From NCBI GenBank assembly GCA_036172245.1, contig JAYWIR010000099.1, positions 1 to 64,000 of the forward strand: 64,000 nucleotides of DNA. Direction: 5' to 3'. Made by a program: the position numbers and the translations under genes. The notes below the pieces were generated by a model. The model worked only from the letters and a program-made list of their open reading frames with translations. It made no database searches and had not been told where the DNA came from. Positions 36,403-48,720 of this stretch are shown here, piece by piece (position 1 is the first letter of the stretch; the number at the start of each line of letters is the position of its first letter). Source of the stretch: Raillietiella orientalis (lineage: Eukaryota).

Positions 36403-39400
36403 ATGACCTCTTCCCAATCGACCGCCAGGAGGCTGAACATCGCCTCCTGGAACGTAAACGGTGTGGTCGACCAGGGAAAAAGAAGAAGGATTGTGCGGAC
36501 CATCGCACAACAAGACATCGTGTGCCTGCAGGAGACCCACAGGATGGGTCTCGAGATAAGCCAGCGAATGGAACGGCGATTCAACGGGCAGATGTTCGTC
36601 AGCGAAGGAGAACGGAACACGAAGGGTGTGGCGGTGCTAATAAAGAACAACTTAGCCCCCACTATTCTGGAAGTGTTCTGCCCCCAACCCGGACGAACCA
36701 TCGGCGTGCGTCTGGCCTGGTCCGCAACTGTTCACCTTATCCTGGTGAACGTGTACGGGCCGCACAGGCTAAAACATCGTTGTGCGGAGGCGCTGCATGC
36801 AACACTCCGGCAAAAGGTCGCCCCTAAGCACGTCGTGATTGTTGCTGGCGATCTCAACATCTTGGATGAGGTCATTCATTCAGAAGACGCCAGAGGAAGG
36901 ACGGCGTATCGACGGCTATCCGAGGAGTTCGGACTGGTCTGGCGAACAGCAAGCCACAAGCCAATCGATCACGTCCTGCACAGCACCGAACTTGGGAACC
37001 GCATCCAGGGGTTTCGCGACACTATGACTACGGTGTCCGATCACCCCCTGGTGCGGTTTTCCTTAAGAACGGAGAATCCTCGGCGAAGGCAAGGCACCAG
37101 GGCGGCGCTCATCAGCATGCCCGCCTGGTTCGAATCCCATCCCGGACATCAGGCTGTCCTGGAAATGATTCTGAAGACAACAACAATCCGAAGATTCGCC
37201 GATTGGGACAGCTTGAAACACAGGATACACCTGTTTGCAAACATGCAGTTCGGGGATAGGCGCTTGAGGCAGGAGGCGTACCGGGAGCTGATCATCCAAG
37301 ATCGCTCCCTCTCAAAGTACTTCGATCAGTACGAGAGTCGGTACGTCCTCAATAACATAAAAGGGGAAGTCGGCGTGCTGGAGAAGAGAAATCTGGCAAC
37401 AGATATCTTCTGCATCCAGTACGACGGCCAAAAGCGACAGTCGTCTGAGGACATCGTGGATGCCTTTCACAGGCATTACACGAAACACTTCAGGCGACAA
37501 CAGCTGTGTCGCTCTAGTCAACAGGCCTTCTTGAGCTATCTCGAGAAGAGGACCGACGACCTCCAGCGGAACAGACTGGAGGAGGAGTTCTCCGAAGAAA
37601 AGGTGAAGACTGCGTTTGGGCAACTTCGCAAGGACGTGGCAGCGGGCCCTGACAGTGTACCCATCACTCACTATCAGCGGTACCTGCACGCCTACCTGCG
37701 CTTGTTCCACCAGTTGACCCTGTGCATCCGGAAAGAAGGCAGACTACCTCAGTCCTTCTACGAGAGTCGGATGAGATTGCTGCCGAAAGGAGGCGACTCT
37801 ACTCAGATCGCCGAATGGAGGCCAATCTCGATCCTAAACTCCGATGCCAAGTGGTTGGCCAAGATCTGGTCCAATCGCTTAGGCAAGGTCATGTCGAGGC
37901 TGATCTCTCCGGTCCAGACATTTGCAGTCCCAGGACGACACATGTCGGACAATGTCAAGTGTGCCCAGGCCACTGTTGGACTCAGTCGATACGTCGGCGA
38001 GAACCTGGTGCTGGTGTTCACTGACATGGAGAAGGCCTTCGACTCCATCGACCACGGGATGCTGCTGAAGGTTCTGGCTTCCGGAACACTTCAGCAACTT
38101 CGTGAGGACGGTACTCCAGAACCAGTACTGCCGGATCAAGATCAACGGCCAGGAGACGGCAGCAATCAGAATGGAACGAGGAGTCCGACAGGGCGACTCG
38201 CTAAGTCCGATGCTGTTCGTCATCTATATGGAGGCGTTGTCGTCCTTTATCGAGAAGAGCGGACGACTGAGCGGGATTACCATCGATGGCCAGCGTCTTA
38301 CTCATCTGGCATACGCCGATGATCTACTCTTCTTCATCAAGGGAGAGAAAAATCAGCGTGCGTTTCTGGATGTGGTGGACCTGATGGAACAGGGCTTGGG
38401 CTTAAAAATCAATTCCCAGAAGAGCCAGCTTTTGCCCGTCGGAATCCTGAACCTCTCCACTCTAACGGGTAGTGGATTCCGTACGGTGGACACGGCCAAG
38501 TACCTGGGAGTGTACATCGGCGACGACTCTACGTCGTAGCTGCTGTGGAAGGAAATCCTGGGGAAAACGACCAAGGAAGCAGGCAAGTACACCCGAACGG
38601 ACCTTGGGATGAAGCGAAAGGCCAACATATAGAACGGAGTACTCCTTCCGAAAGTGCTCTTCGGGACGGCCATTGCGAGGATGAACAAGGACACTACTAG
38701 GTAGTTCGACAAGCTGCAAAGAAAAACACTCTGGGGCCACTATCGCCGAAGAGTAAGACTGAAACCCCTGTGTCGTCCCAGGGAAGAAGGCGGTTCCGGG
38801 ATGAAGTCGCTTGCACATTCCATGGAAATCATGGATACGCGACACATCCTGGACATTGCCACTCACTGGGATGACTGGCCGTATGCGGCGCACAGGGCCT
38901 ACGCGTTGTCTCTTAACAACTCGAAAGGCCTGATGACTGCGCTGCTAGGCAAAGTAGGGGAATGGATAACAATCGACCCGACCTGGAGGAGGAAGCAACG
39001 ACTGGTGCGAAAGCACAAAATCAAGATCGTGCCGCGAAGCAGGGAACTCTGGCAGGACGAGTTCATCCTGGTGATCCCTTGGATGCTTCCTGTCCCGCCG
39101 GACACGAGAAGCTGGATCTACCAGCGGACCAGAGTTACCCTACTGCATATCCAGGAGTGGAGGCGAGGAGGCTACCTACATCAAACTCGTATACTTCGGT
39201 ATACAGAGATGATGTTAGGAAGGTTTACCCACCGGACCCGCTAAGTGTGGTTCAACCACAACGACTTCGCATGGTCGAGGGTAACAGAACAAACCTCCGA
39301 AGGCTTATCCAAGAAAACGACCGTGACACCAGTGCCCTATAGGAAGCCACCGAACGCTACGGGAGTGAACGGTTCAACCTGTTAGCGATCAGCAGGACGC

Positions 39401-39909
39401 TCTGGAGGAGTGACCTTCCGCCGGGCACCCAGGATGACCTCCTCATGTTTTATCACGGAGGAATCCAGAGTGGGTCCCGATTGCAGCACTTCACAGGAAG
39501 ACGGGAAGACCGAGACTGCGCAGCATGTGGAGACGACGACACGAGACTTCACGTCTTGACGTGTCCCACACTGCTGCATGACTGGCTGATCCTGAAAAGG
39601 ATCATAGGACTCACCAACAAGTCCGTTATGGAGATCCTCGCCGGGATGTTTCTTGGGGATGGTAATGTTCCCTGTTACAATCCTATGGTGAGGACGACCA
39701 TAGCCCTCTTCATCACGGCCATACTTGTGCGGTGGTGGAAAATGAGGAAAGCCAGGAGAGCCGCACCACCGATGGAGATCCTACAAGGGCTCTTGAAGAG
39801 GGAAATCGGCATCAGGAACTGCGGGAAGATCCACGCCTGGACGTACCGATTCATCCTGAAGAGGATCCAGGACGACGCCCGGGACCATCCAGCTGGAATT
39901 CCCCCCTGA
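36403..39909 (+). pseudogene. Element F ORF2 (endonuclease, RT, zinc finger), disrupted
   Basis: IASWNVNG, CLQETH, NVYGP, GDLN, SDH; WRPISILNSD, DMEKAFDSI, GVRQGDSLSP, YADD, KYLG; CAAC..HVLTC. Frameshift near 38080 and several stops. Confidence 0.92.
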
Positions 39910-41510
39910 AAAGCAGAACTCTAGTGCAACCCAAGGACCCCCAAGTGCAAAATGTTTGTATTGAGTGAATGAGAGTGCGAATGTAAATATTGTATTTTTA
40001 TAGAAAAATAAACTTACCCCACCCCTTGTGGGACTTGTGGAAAATTAGCGATCGCGAGAGGCTCTGCCTCTTCCAGATCGGAGGGTTCGCGCGTTGCCTT
40101 TGCAAGCGTCGGGGGCACTGCTGTAGCGGTTGTGCTCGCCCTAGCAGTTTCTTCCTTGGCCGCAGTAGGCGCTGCGTCCGCGCGCGAGGACTGCGGGTTT
40201 GCCGGCTGTTTCTTCGCGGCACTCGGTGCCTGGGGCACCTTGGCCACGGTAGCTTCAGACGCGCGGTGTTCTTTGCCCGCGGGTGCGTTTTTCCCGTATC
40301 GGGCGAACGACCGCATTCCGCGCCGCTCGTCGAGGCCTTGGTAAGAGGCTTCGCGGTAGTGATGCCGACAGTAGGAGGCTTTTTGACCTTGGGCACAATG
40401 TCTCCTGCATTCAACAATTGTCTGCGAGGTCTCGTAGAAAGGTCGCATTCTTCGCGAGCTTCCTTCGGGTAGATAGCCGGAGGCTTAGCCGACCTAAGCC
40501 GCGACGAGTTTTTTTGTGTTTTTCACCCGTTCTTTGTGGGGGCGAGAAACAGTTTTCTGCACGTGCGTGGGCGCGGTTTTCGCAACGCTTTTCGGAGCTT
40601 TGATGTTTCTTTCTCTCGATTCGCTGCGATTATTCCGCGATGCGGAACGCGATTCGTTCCTGCGCTTTTCGTTTTTTAAAAGGAGCTCCGGGCACGTCCC
40701 CTTAGTGTGCCCGTGCTCGTGGCAGTGACGGCAAGCGGCCGAGGGACACTCCGTAATGCGGTGACCCTCCTGCCCGCATTCCGCGCATACACGGGTTTGC
40801 CCGGCAAACCACAGGCGGACGGTCATCCCATCCACCTGCAGTCGCGTGGGCATTGCCCGGCGATCCGCCATCGTCACTCGCGCCTGCGCGAGCCCGCTGT
40901 GGTGGTCTTCGAACCCTTCAGCAGGGTTTGGCAGCCTCCAAAGCGCGTGGACGGTAGCGAATTTTTCAAGGGCCTCCACGACCTGGCGGTCCGAAAGCCC
41001 CTTACACACTCCACTCAGCCGGACAACGAACGACTGATCCGCAGTGGTGAGGAGTATTTCCTGCCCACGAATGAGCAGTCGCGTGTGCAGCAAACGCTGC
41101 GTAAGGAGAGCGTCCTTACTGGACACCTTCCAGTAGCCGCACCCACTCATGGGCATGATGGACTCCAGTTGGCCTTTTTGAACTCCAATCCGTTGGAGTT
41201 CCTGGCCAAACTCGCGTCCAACCTGCTCAGGCATAAGGACACTTATCTTATACCTGAGTGCAGGCGTGTAGCCATTTGCTACATACGCCTGAAGCTCAGG
41301 GCTGTCGGGCGAAGGTCCCATCGTAGCCGCGAGGGCAGCGACCCGGGCGAATGTCCTCGCCGTCGGCGAGGACAGAGGCTTTTTGCTAGCAGCCGAAGCA
41401 GCCATCTCAGGAGCAGGTGGCGTTCCCTTCTTGCGGCTGATGTTCTTCTTTGCTCCCATTGCAGCACAGAAGCACAGCAGAACAAAAACACACAAGAGCC
41501 AATCTACCGC

Positions 41511-41532
41511 GGAGCGACGCAAAAGCACGTCC
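41511..41532 (-). promoter_or_regulatory. Candidate internal promoter motif of LINE E
   Basis: GGACGTGCTTTTGCGTCGCTCC at +12 from the TSD. Confidence 0.55.
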
Positions 41533-43993
41533 GTACGCGACCGTCGCTGATGCGTGAGACGGGAGATGTTCCCCCTTCTTTCCGCTCTGCAAAGGTGCCA
41601 CTCCTGCCGAAAGGCGGTGATTTGCGCCACCTCAGCAACTGGCGCCCGATTACATTGGTGAATTCGGACGTCAAGTTGTTCTCCAGGCTATGGGTCGCGC
41701 GCCTGGGGAGAATCGTGGAGTCCTTGGTAAGTCCGGAGCAGACGTATGCTGTTCCGGGGCGGTCCATGGACGCGAATCTCTTCTTCGCGCGAACATGGTT
41801 CGAGTTGCAGCAGCGCGTGGCGCAGCAGAGCCAGGCAGCCGAAATCGCGGCAGCCAAAGGTAAGCGGAGGTGTTCAAGGCACGATGGAACGCCGGGAGCC
41901 TTAGCGGTCGCCGTCGATCTCTGCAAAGCATTCGACAGCGTAAACCAGCACCTCCTTCTGGAGCTTCTAAGACGCCTAGGCCTCCCGATGCACCTCATCG
42001 CCTACTTGCGCTCCTGCTGGCGCCATGCGTTATGCTGTATCTCTTTCAGCGGGCGCCACGTGTACGGCATTCCCATACGGCGGGGTATCAGGCAGGGAGA
42101 CAGCTTAAGCCCCCTGCTCTTCAGCATCTTCTTTGAGTTGGTGCTGAGGGCGTACAGGGTGACGCTGGCCAACCTGCCGAGCTCCTGCCCGGGAACACCG
42201 GCCGTAGCCGCCTATGCTGACGACCTTCTCCTGCTGCTGCTCATGTCCACCCCGGCGTCCAGGCTCGAGGACTTCTTCGAGCTCATTCGTCGGGGAGCGG
42301 GCCTGAGCGTCAACAGGACGAAATCAACCGTTGTACCGGTTGGCTCTACGTGGGAGGGGCAGTCCGACTGGATCCGCCTGGGGATCCCCACGGGTAGGTG
42401 CTTGAAGTACCTCGGCGTTCCCTTGGGCGCCTTCTGTCCAGCAGAAGCGTGGTCGGACTGCCTTCACAAGGCCGAGACTGCTCTGGGCCCGTTCCAAAGC
42501 GGCAGGTTTCTCCTGTCGGAACGGGCCTTCGTGTGGAACATTTCCGTTGCCCCCCTCCTCCGTGCCCTCTTTTTTGTTTGTCCGCCTCCCTACTCGGCTA
42601 AGCGCCGGGCGCAACGCCTGTTGCGTGACGCCCTGTGGGGACCGGTGAGGTCCAGGATACGCCTGAAGGACTTGGCGGCTCCTCGGCGGGATGCAGGATT
42701 GGGCATCCTGACGCTGGAGCGGATCGGACTGCTAGTGCAGTTCCGCATGCTGGCACTTTGTGCGCAGCTCTGGACTACTCCCTGGTGTGCTCCAGCGCGG
42801 CTGCTGCTGCGGCGCTGCACGGGTGGCGACGGACTACGTTCGTTGCATCTGCGCACGGAGCGCGCCCTGAGAGGATTCGGCTTCCCTTTGAAGCAGCTCG
42901 CCACGCTTCTGGGAAAGCATGAGTGGATCTCCTGCCGGCCGATGAACTTCAACGCCTGGAGGCAGGAAGCCTTATCGTCCTGGGCAGCGCAACAGGATGT
43001 GTCCCGTTTGGAACTACGTTGCGTGAAACTTTCCCCATACTGTCCAGTGGGGGAGGTGCTGGAAGACCAGGACCAGTGGACACTCCTAGCCGCTACGCCA
43101 CTCGCCGAAGCACTGTGTGCACTGATGGTGCGAGATGACAGTGACCTGCCGGCGAGGTGGGAGATCACTTGCGAAATCGCAGGCGAAACCCTACTGCTGG
43201 GCGGCTGGAGGAATTGCGAAGTGGCAGACGCTGCCACACCTCGCCTTCGTGCAAAGGGACTTCTCCGGTGGAGTGAGCTCCTCGAGGTGCTCACCGATGA
43301 ACTTGTGGTACCTTCTGCGTGTTTGGACGCGGCTCTCTTCCCCCTTCGGTGGAAGCAGGACGCTTTTCTGCTGGTGCATTGGGGTTTGTACTGCAACCAG
43401 CGGGCGCACCTGATTTCCGGAGGAGTTGCGTCCCCGAACTGTGCCAAATTGGGAGCGGTGGAATCGCTTCCGCATTTGCTGTTGGAGTGCGGTGCCCTCC
43501 AGGATCTGTGGCAGCGGCTGTCTTCAGCGCTCTCGCATCCCGGACACACCGCACTGGATTGGATGCGCCGCTTCTTCACGCGTGGCTGCCTATCTCTTGG
43601 GGCGGTCGTCGCAATCATCTGCTGCGTCCCCGCCACTGTCAGGGCCCGCCACGTATTGCAGATGTGAGCAGTCCCAACATCGGTCCCCGACACCGCAGCC
43701 TGCAACCTGCAAATGGCTGCCGGGTGGTCACATCTTGGATCAGAAGTAAGGACGGAGATCGGTGGCATTCACCGCCGGTTCTTGGAATAGGAACGGCTAA
43801 ACTGCAGACCCCTATCCCCACCCTCCTACCATATTTATTTATTTATTGTCCCCCCCTGCCGTTCCGAACTCTCAGTATTTGTCCGACCTGCGCGTCGGGA
43901 AACCCTTCCTCTCAACTTCTGCTCCGTTGGCCTGGGAACTGTGTTCCCAGTTGATTTCTCATCAATAAACGTCCCGGCGCAACCGGGCTACAA

Positions 43994-44540
43994 ACAACAA
44001 CGCTGCAGCTTTTCATTATCTCTCCACTCGGTGGATTTTTGCCGCGGTACACGAGGTTTTTGGATTCCCTTTTTTCTTTTGCAGTTTCTTTGGCAGTGAC
44101 CATCTGCCACCTAGGCCCCTGGTCGTTTCCCTCGACGTTTTCGGCGTTGTTCGCCGTGGTCTCGGATGCGGCCTGTGCCCTGGATGTGGTGGCACAGCTT
44201 TCGCGGCAGCTTTCGCCGCAAGGCTTTTTTGTAGCAGCCAGGCACGTTTTTTTAGGTTTCTCGCGTAAACCACGCGCACAGCTGCTTGTGAGCATACCTC
44301 CCGCGTGTGACCCATCGTCTCGCACATCTGGCACTGCACGTTGGGACACCTCTTTTTGAGGTGGCCCGACGTATTGCAGAATCCGCAGTACTTGGGTTTC
44401 CCCACATACCAGAGATCGACGGTTTCGCCGCCGAACACCAGTTTGTGGGGAAGGAAACAGCCCTTCCGGACGGTGACGCGTGCAGCCGCGAGGCCACATT
44501 GCAGTCGAGTATAATTCACAAAGGTAGAAGGCTTGCACCA
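43994..44540 (-). mobile_element. LINE ORF1 fragment K
   Basis: GLAAARVT..VDLWYVGKPKYCGFCNTSGHLKKRC..CQMCETMGHTREVC, homologous to C ORF1. Confidence 0.85.
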
Positions 44541-44544
44541 CTGT

Positions 44545-45095
44545 GCGTGTACCGTACGGTTCTGTTGGTGCTCAGCACGGAGGCGAACCGGCACGCACCA
44601 AGGAGTGCTCCAAAACTTTCGCTTGTGGGCGAGGATCAACCAGCAACGCTCGGAACGGCTGCGAAGATTTTTGTTCGCTCGGCACAACAACTGCACGCTC
44701 CGAGAGATCCTGGAGGATCCCCGAAAAAGCGCGTGGGTAGGGAAATTCACCCTTGCTGCGGGGCTGCCACACCACAGGGAACATCTGGATAGCGACATCG
44801 CGGCAGAATGGGAGGTTACCGTCAAGATGTCCGGAAGCAAGAATAGAGGAATAGAGAACGTGTCAGCTGACCGACACTTCGACTCCGAGTACCACCCCAC
44901 ACGGACTCTTGCTCCTGGGCGAACTGCTGGATGTTCCGGTGGAATTCCTGAAGTGGACCCCTGTGCTCATGGACACACGCACCCTCTCCATGAAGTGGTA
45001 GCAGTCGGTGCTTTTGGTGCTGCATTGGGGTCTTCCATGCAACGCCCGCCGCCATTATTGGATGTGGGGGGATGTCAACCATAATTGTGTCAGCG
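44545..45095 (+). mobile_element. LINE ORF2 C-terminal fragment L
   Basis: TLREILEDPRKSAW and VLLVLHWGLPCNARRH, similar to element 2. Confidence 0.8.
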
Positions 45096-45144
45096 AGGAA
45101 ACTTATCTTTGCTCGCTTCACCTTTCACCACCGCCTAAACGTAA

Positions 45145-45468
45145 GCAGAGTTCAAAAAGTTCCCAAATATCATCTTCTGGTGCTTAGGAGCAGAGGGGAT
45201 GTGGGGTCCTGGAGCAATCAAACGGGAGTTCCTGACTGGACCCGATCGTTTCATGGGCGAGAAAACCGCTAGTCCTGTAGCAAGAAAGGTCTTCTACCCC
45301 CTGGGAAGCATAGAAAAGTAGAAGCAAAGAAACTTGCTTCTTGGATGAGGACTGCGTTTTGCGTCGGAGGTTGTCACGTATGATCCACCGTCGCGGCACT
45401 CAAAGGTGCAAAGCTTCATAATATCGCAGTTGTCACGAGCACAGGCAGCAAGGAGCGATGTTTCTGTC
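45145..45468 (+). repeat. About 320-bp repeat with an inverted copy at 54837-55161; possibly a BEL/Pao pol fragment
   Basis: Direct reverse-complement match with scattered mismatches. TTCTTGGATGAGGACTGCGTTTTGCGTCGGAGG resembles the Pao FLDEDGxLRVGGR motif with a frameshift. Confidence 0.8.
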
Positions 45469-45599
45469 ACTTGCCAAGATCAAGGGGGAAGCGTTCTGTG
45501 AGTAGGGAACTTTATCCAGTTTATAGCCTTGAAAATGGGGCACTGTTGGATCATTCCTTGTCACCACAAGAAATACTAACGAACCTCCTCTCTCGAACC

Positions 45600-47440
45600 T
45601 GATGGCAAGGACGCAAGTGGTTCTGATGTGGTAAGTGGACTAGAGTTAGCGTTTCCACAGGGGAAAAGGGAGTGGAATGAATCAAGGACAAAGGAAAACG
45701 AGTTTTATCTTGGGTCCCACTGTCAATTCTCTTTCAGTGACCATGTCTTTGGAAACCTTTTGATTCTAATATGGAAAAGCTCTTTCTTCTCTTGCCGTCA
45801 GCTGAATACACCTGGAATTCTGTATAGCATATTTCTGTTGCCTTTTAAATCTGAGTGTATGGTTTCACTATTTTATTTCTGAGATATCGGCTGATTTTAT
45901 ATCCGACAGAGATGATTGTGAAATGGTTCATTCCATTGACCAGTGGACGGGACTCCTGTTTGAACTTTAGCGTGTTCTGCTCACTCGTGATACGTTTCTT
46001 TCTTTCGTGGTATCACCTGAGATAGAAACATCACTTAATTCACTTGCAGTTTACCTACGCCTGTCTGGATTGAATCGCACTCACCATCTAGTAAAAGGAA
46101 ATCGGAAATGGATTTTCGTGTACTTTCCTACTCTGCCACCTTTCATGGCAACATTGTGCGTCCTTACCGAATTTTCCATGGTAATAACTAAGAATATCTT
46201 CAGCTACTCTCCCCGCAGCAGCTCCCACGTTAATGTCGGATGCTCGAAATTCTTTGATTTTATCGAATTCTCCGTTCGGTTGAAGGAAGTTTTTCAACGG
46301 CGGAGGAGCACCACTATTCAATCTTGGGAACAACACTACTGCCATCTTTGCCCATTAGTACAAAACACGGTTAGTTACTGCTTCGCCCGGAAGATGTTCG
46401 TATCAAGAGCAAGTTGATTGCTCCGACCGAAATCTATTCTCAAAGGTGGATGCATTTTCAAACTGCTTGTGAAGTGAGTGACTTGATTGCAATGAATCGG
46501 TGAATTCCGGGAAAACTACCCCCGTTTTCTGAATTTTCATTTCCGAATGCAAGCCGTCTGGCATTCTCACATAAAACAGCGCAGCCACCTTCCCCAGCTG
46601 TGGTACATGGTGAAATAATTACCCTTCTGCAATTTTCGACAATAATTTCCTCACCATTACCAGAATGACCACCGCCTATAATAGAAACTCGCCGTCATCA
46701 GCTCCCTTGAATTGTTTGCAATAACACTTGCACAGAACCTAATCCACCTTACTTTTTCCTTCCATCATAATAATAAGTAAAAGAAAGTATTCCCGCTGAT
46801 ATCGTCATCAGCCAGCACACGACCATTTGTTCTGCCCTTCAATTCTCTGAAAGAACAGCCCACAGCACTGTCCTCAAAAGCTGCACTTCCACCTTTCTTC
46901 GATTGCGCGAATCAAGCATGCTGGTGGAGTCCCTTCTGTCAACATCTTGACCTGGAAAGCCACGGGTATCCAGAAAAGCCGATTTATACTCACCACATTC
47001 CACCATCACTCACCATATGATTAATACCTGTCCTTTCTACGCCACGTGAGTCGGTTGCACCATTCGTGGATTCCGAGAATCGTGTCATCAACTACACTCT
47101 GTGCATCATAAACATTCGGTTGCACTTTCATAACAGCGTACAGCCGATAGAGAGAAATTTTCGATACCCTTTTCATAATCTTGACTAGAAATATGTGGTA
47201 AACAAAGCATGCCAGCACCTTCGGTTCCAGCTGCTGTACCACGGAAAGATACGCCGCTCTTATTCCACGAGAATGTTTTGCGTAAGAGCATTCCCGTTTT
47301 CTGTTCCAAGACCGGCACCATGAGGAGCAACTTTACCAGGGTTCCCTATTCCAGGCTTGCCACCCCCCGTGGCTGGGCCATGAGCCGCGCCCGGTCTAGC
47401 TGCGGGATGCTGCGATCGGGTGCAGTGAACCACAAGAAAA
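45600..47440 (-). mobile_element. Possible highly degenerate BEL/Pao LTR retrotransposon gag-protease-pol relic
   Basis: Weak motif echoes only (VQLLRTV and VLLQTI before a GRVLADDD protease-like site; DKIKEF). No long ORF and no LTR seen. Confidence 0.3.
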
Positions 47441-48404
47441 AGAGTGTGCCCTAAACCACTCCGCTTCTCTGCAGTGTCATCACACTTCTTCTCGCAACGG
47501 CATTGATAGTATCAGTGTGAACTCCAAGAGTCGAATCCCGACTGCAGTACCAACTACCAGCATACCGTGTGCTGTAGGAGCAGCACCAGAAAGGAATGGC
47601 ACACCAGAAAAGAAAACAAACGCTTATTTGCATCGATTACATTTCCATTTTCTCTCTCCCTCTTTTTTTTTTTTTTTCGACCTACAAGATCACACTAGCT
47701 GACATAACTATGTAATGGAAGACAATATCAGAGACACCAGCTAAAGCTCCCGCTGAACTTTTTGCTCTTGTACTTCCAAATTTGAATCCTTCAACACGGA
47801 CAGCAGGTTTTTTTTCTCTACCCAGAGTACCTGGTATAAACTTTCCTGAAATGTTTCCTGATGAGCTTACCGTCTTTGGAGTAATTACATTCTCAACCGG
47901 CTCAAACGAAACAGACCGTCATCGACTATTCTTCCGCTGTTGATTATAGCTTTGTCCACCTTGTGCTGCACAACTGTGCAGGGCAAATTTCTTCTTAGGT
48001 TTCTAGGCGAATGTCGGCAAACGACCTTCTCTGTGGACTTATATTTGCTCTGCTAAAGCTGAAATCCGAAGACTGAAGACATCTACTACTCTCTGTCTAT
48101 GCTGACCCCAGCTCGACTAGAGGTCAAATCGAATTCTTCCGATATGGCCATGCATTCTCCCAGATTTCCAGGAATGTTTCCAATAGCGAGGAAGTCCAGA
48201 GAGCCGCATGTGTCCGTTACAGTGGTTGAGGATTCTCACGTGGACATCGAGGAAGCAGAAAGTGCAATGTTACCACACTTTATGCGGACAACGACCAGCT
48301 CGAAACGTGCCACGGATGCAGGAAAATCCACTACGCGGCGCCAAACTTGCACATTTGCTCAAAACCTGGAAAGATTGAACTGTTTTGATTATGTACCGAA
48401 CTGC

Positions 48405-48720
48405 CGTTTTTACTCGGCGGAGACCCGAGCGCAGCGTCTCTTGAGAGAAGCCCTGTGGGTCGCTGCTAGGTCCCGGACCCGCCTGAAAGACTTGGTGGAC
48501 AGCGGACTGGAGAATATCCGACAGCAAGTGCAGTTCCGAACGCTGGTACCGCGTGCCAAAATGTGGGCTTCCCCGTGGCGGTGTGCCTGCGCGCCTCGTC
48601 TTTCGCCGTTGCGTCGGAAGCAAAGAATCTCTGCTGCCGCTCTGCCGATGCGGGATGTGGAAACTGCCTGCATCCTGGAAGTCCACTCTTCCCGCCTCCC
48701 AGAGAAATCTACCGCGCACG
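48405..48720 (+). mobile_element. Degenerate LINE ORF2 fragment (E/G-like)
   Basis: RAQRLLREALWVAARSRTRLKDL..VQFRTL..MWASPW matches the post-RT region of G. Confidence 0.75.

Larger units (their letters stand above)
34335..40045 (+). mobile_element. Full-length LINE F, a divergent Tx1-like family, with 15-bp TSD
   Basis: TSD TAGCGATCGCGAGAG at 34320-34334 and 40046-40060; ORF1 and ORF2; AATAAA 40007-40012; hairpin 40018-40032. Confidence 0.93.
33643..41459 (-). pseudogene. Element E ORF1 (two CCHC knuckles), interrupted by F and by a stop at 40494
   Basis: CAECGQEGHRITEC and CRHCHEHGHTKGTC. EEAEPLAIA|RGVAYACVE is rejoined when F is removed. Confidence 0.88.
29846..41543 (-). mobile_element. 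Full-length LINE E with 12-bp TSD, split by F (pieces 29846-34334 and 40046-41543)
   Basis: TSD TCGCTGATGCGT at 29834-29845 and 41544-41555. ORF1 from ATG 41459; ORF2 from ATG 33643; hairpin 29852-29866. Confidence 0.93.
26850..43993 (+). mobile_element. LINE G, split into 26850-27726, 29613-29845 and 41544-43993
   Basis: LVLSLSSLMR (to 29845) continues as SLMRETGDVPPSF (from 41544) across E's TSD. ORF open 41544-43667; AATAAA 43964-43969; hairpin 43973-43987. Assigning 26850-27726 to the same copy rests on colinearity only. Confidence 0.82.

Noticed and set aside
35799..38704. TAG reassignment or alternative genetic code
   Set aside because: TAGs replace different residues, frameshifts coexist in the same ORFs, and MRPS25 itself ends in TAG.
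40707..43667. 986-aa ORF as a novel RT fusion protein
   Set aside because: The first 279 codons or so are the antisense of E ORF1 and its 5' UTR, fortuitously open into G's RT at the TSD.
1..44000. Bacterial retron, group II intron, DGR or CRISPR-associated RT system
   Set aside because: RTs are fused to an APE endonuclease with CCHC ORF1s and TSDs, there is no repeat-spacer array, and a spliceosomal-intron gene is adjacent.
1..45095. snRNA, tRNA, 5S or microsatellite targets typical of known Tx1 families
   Set aside because: No such RNA gene or microsatellite was recognisable at any junction; the flanks are LINE coding sequence.
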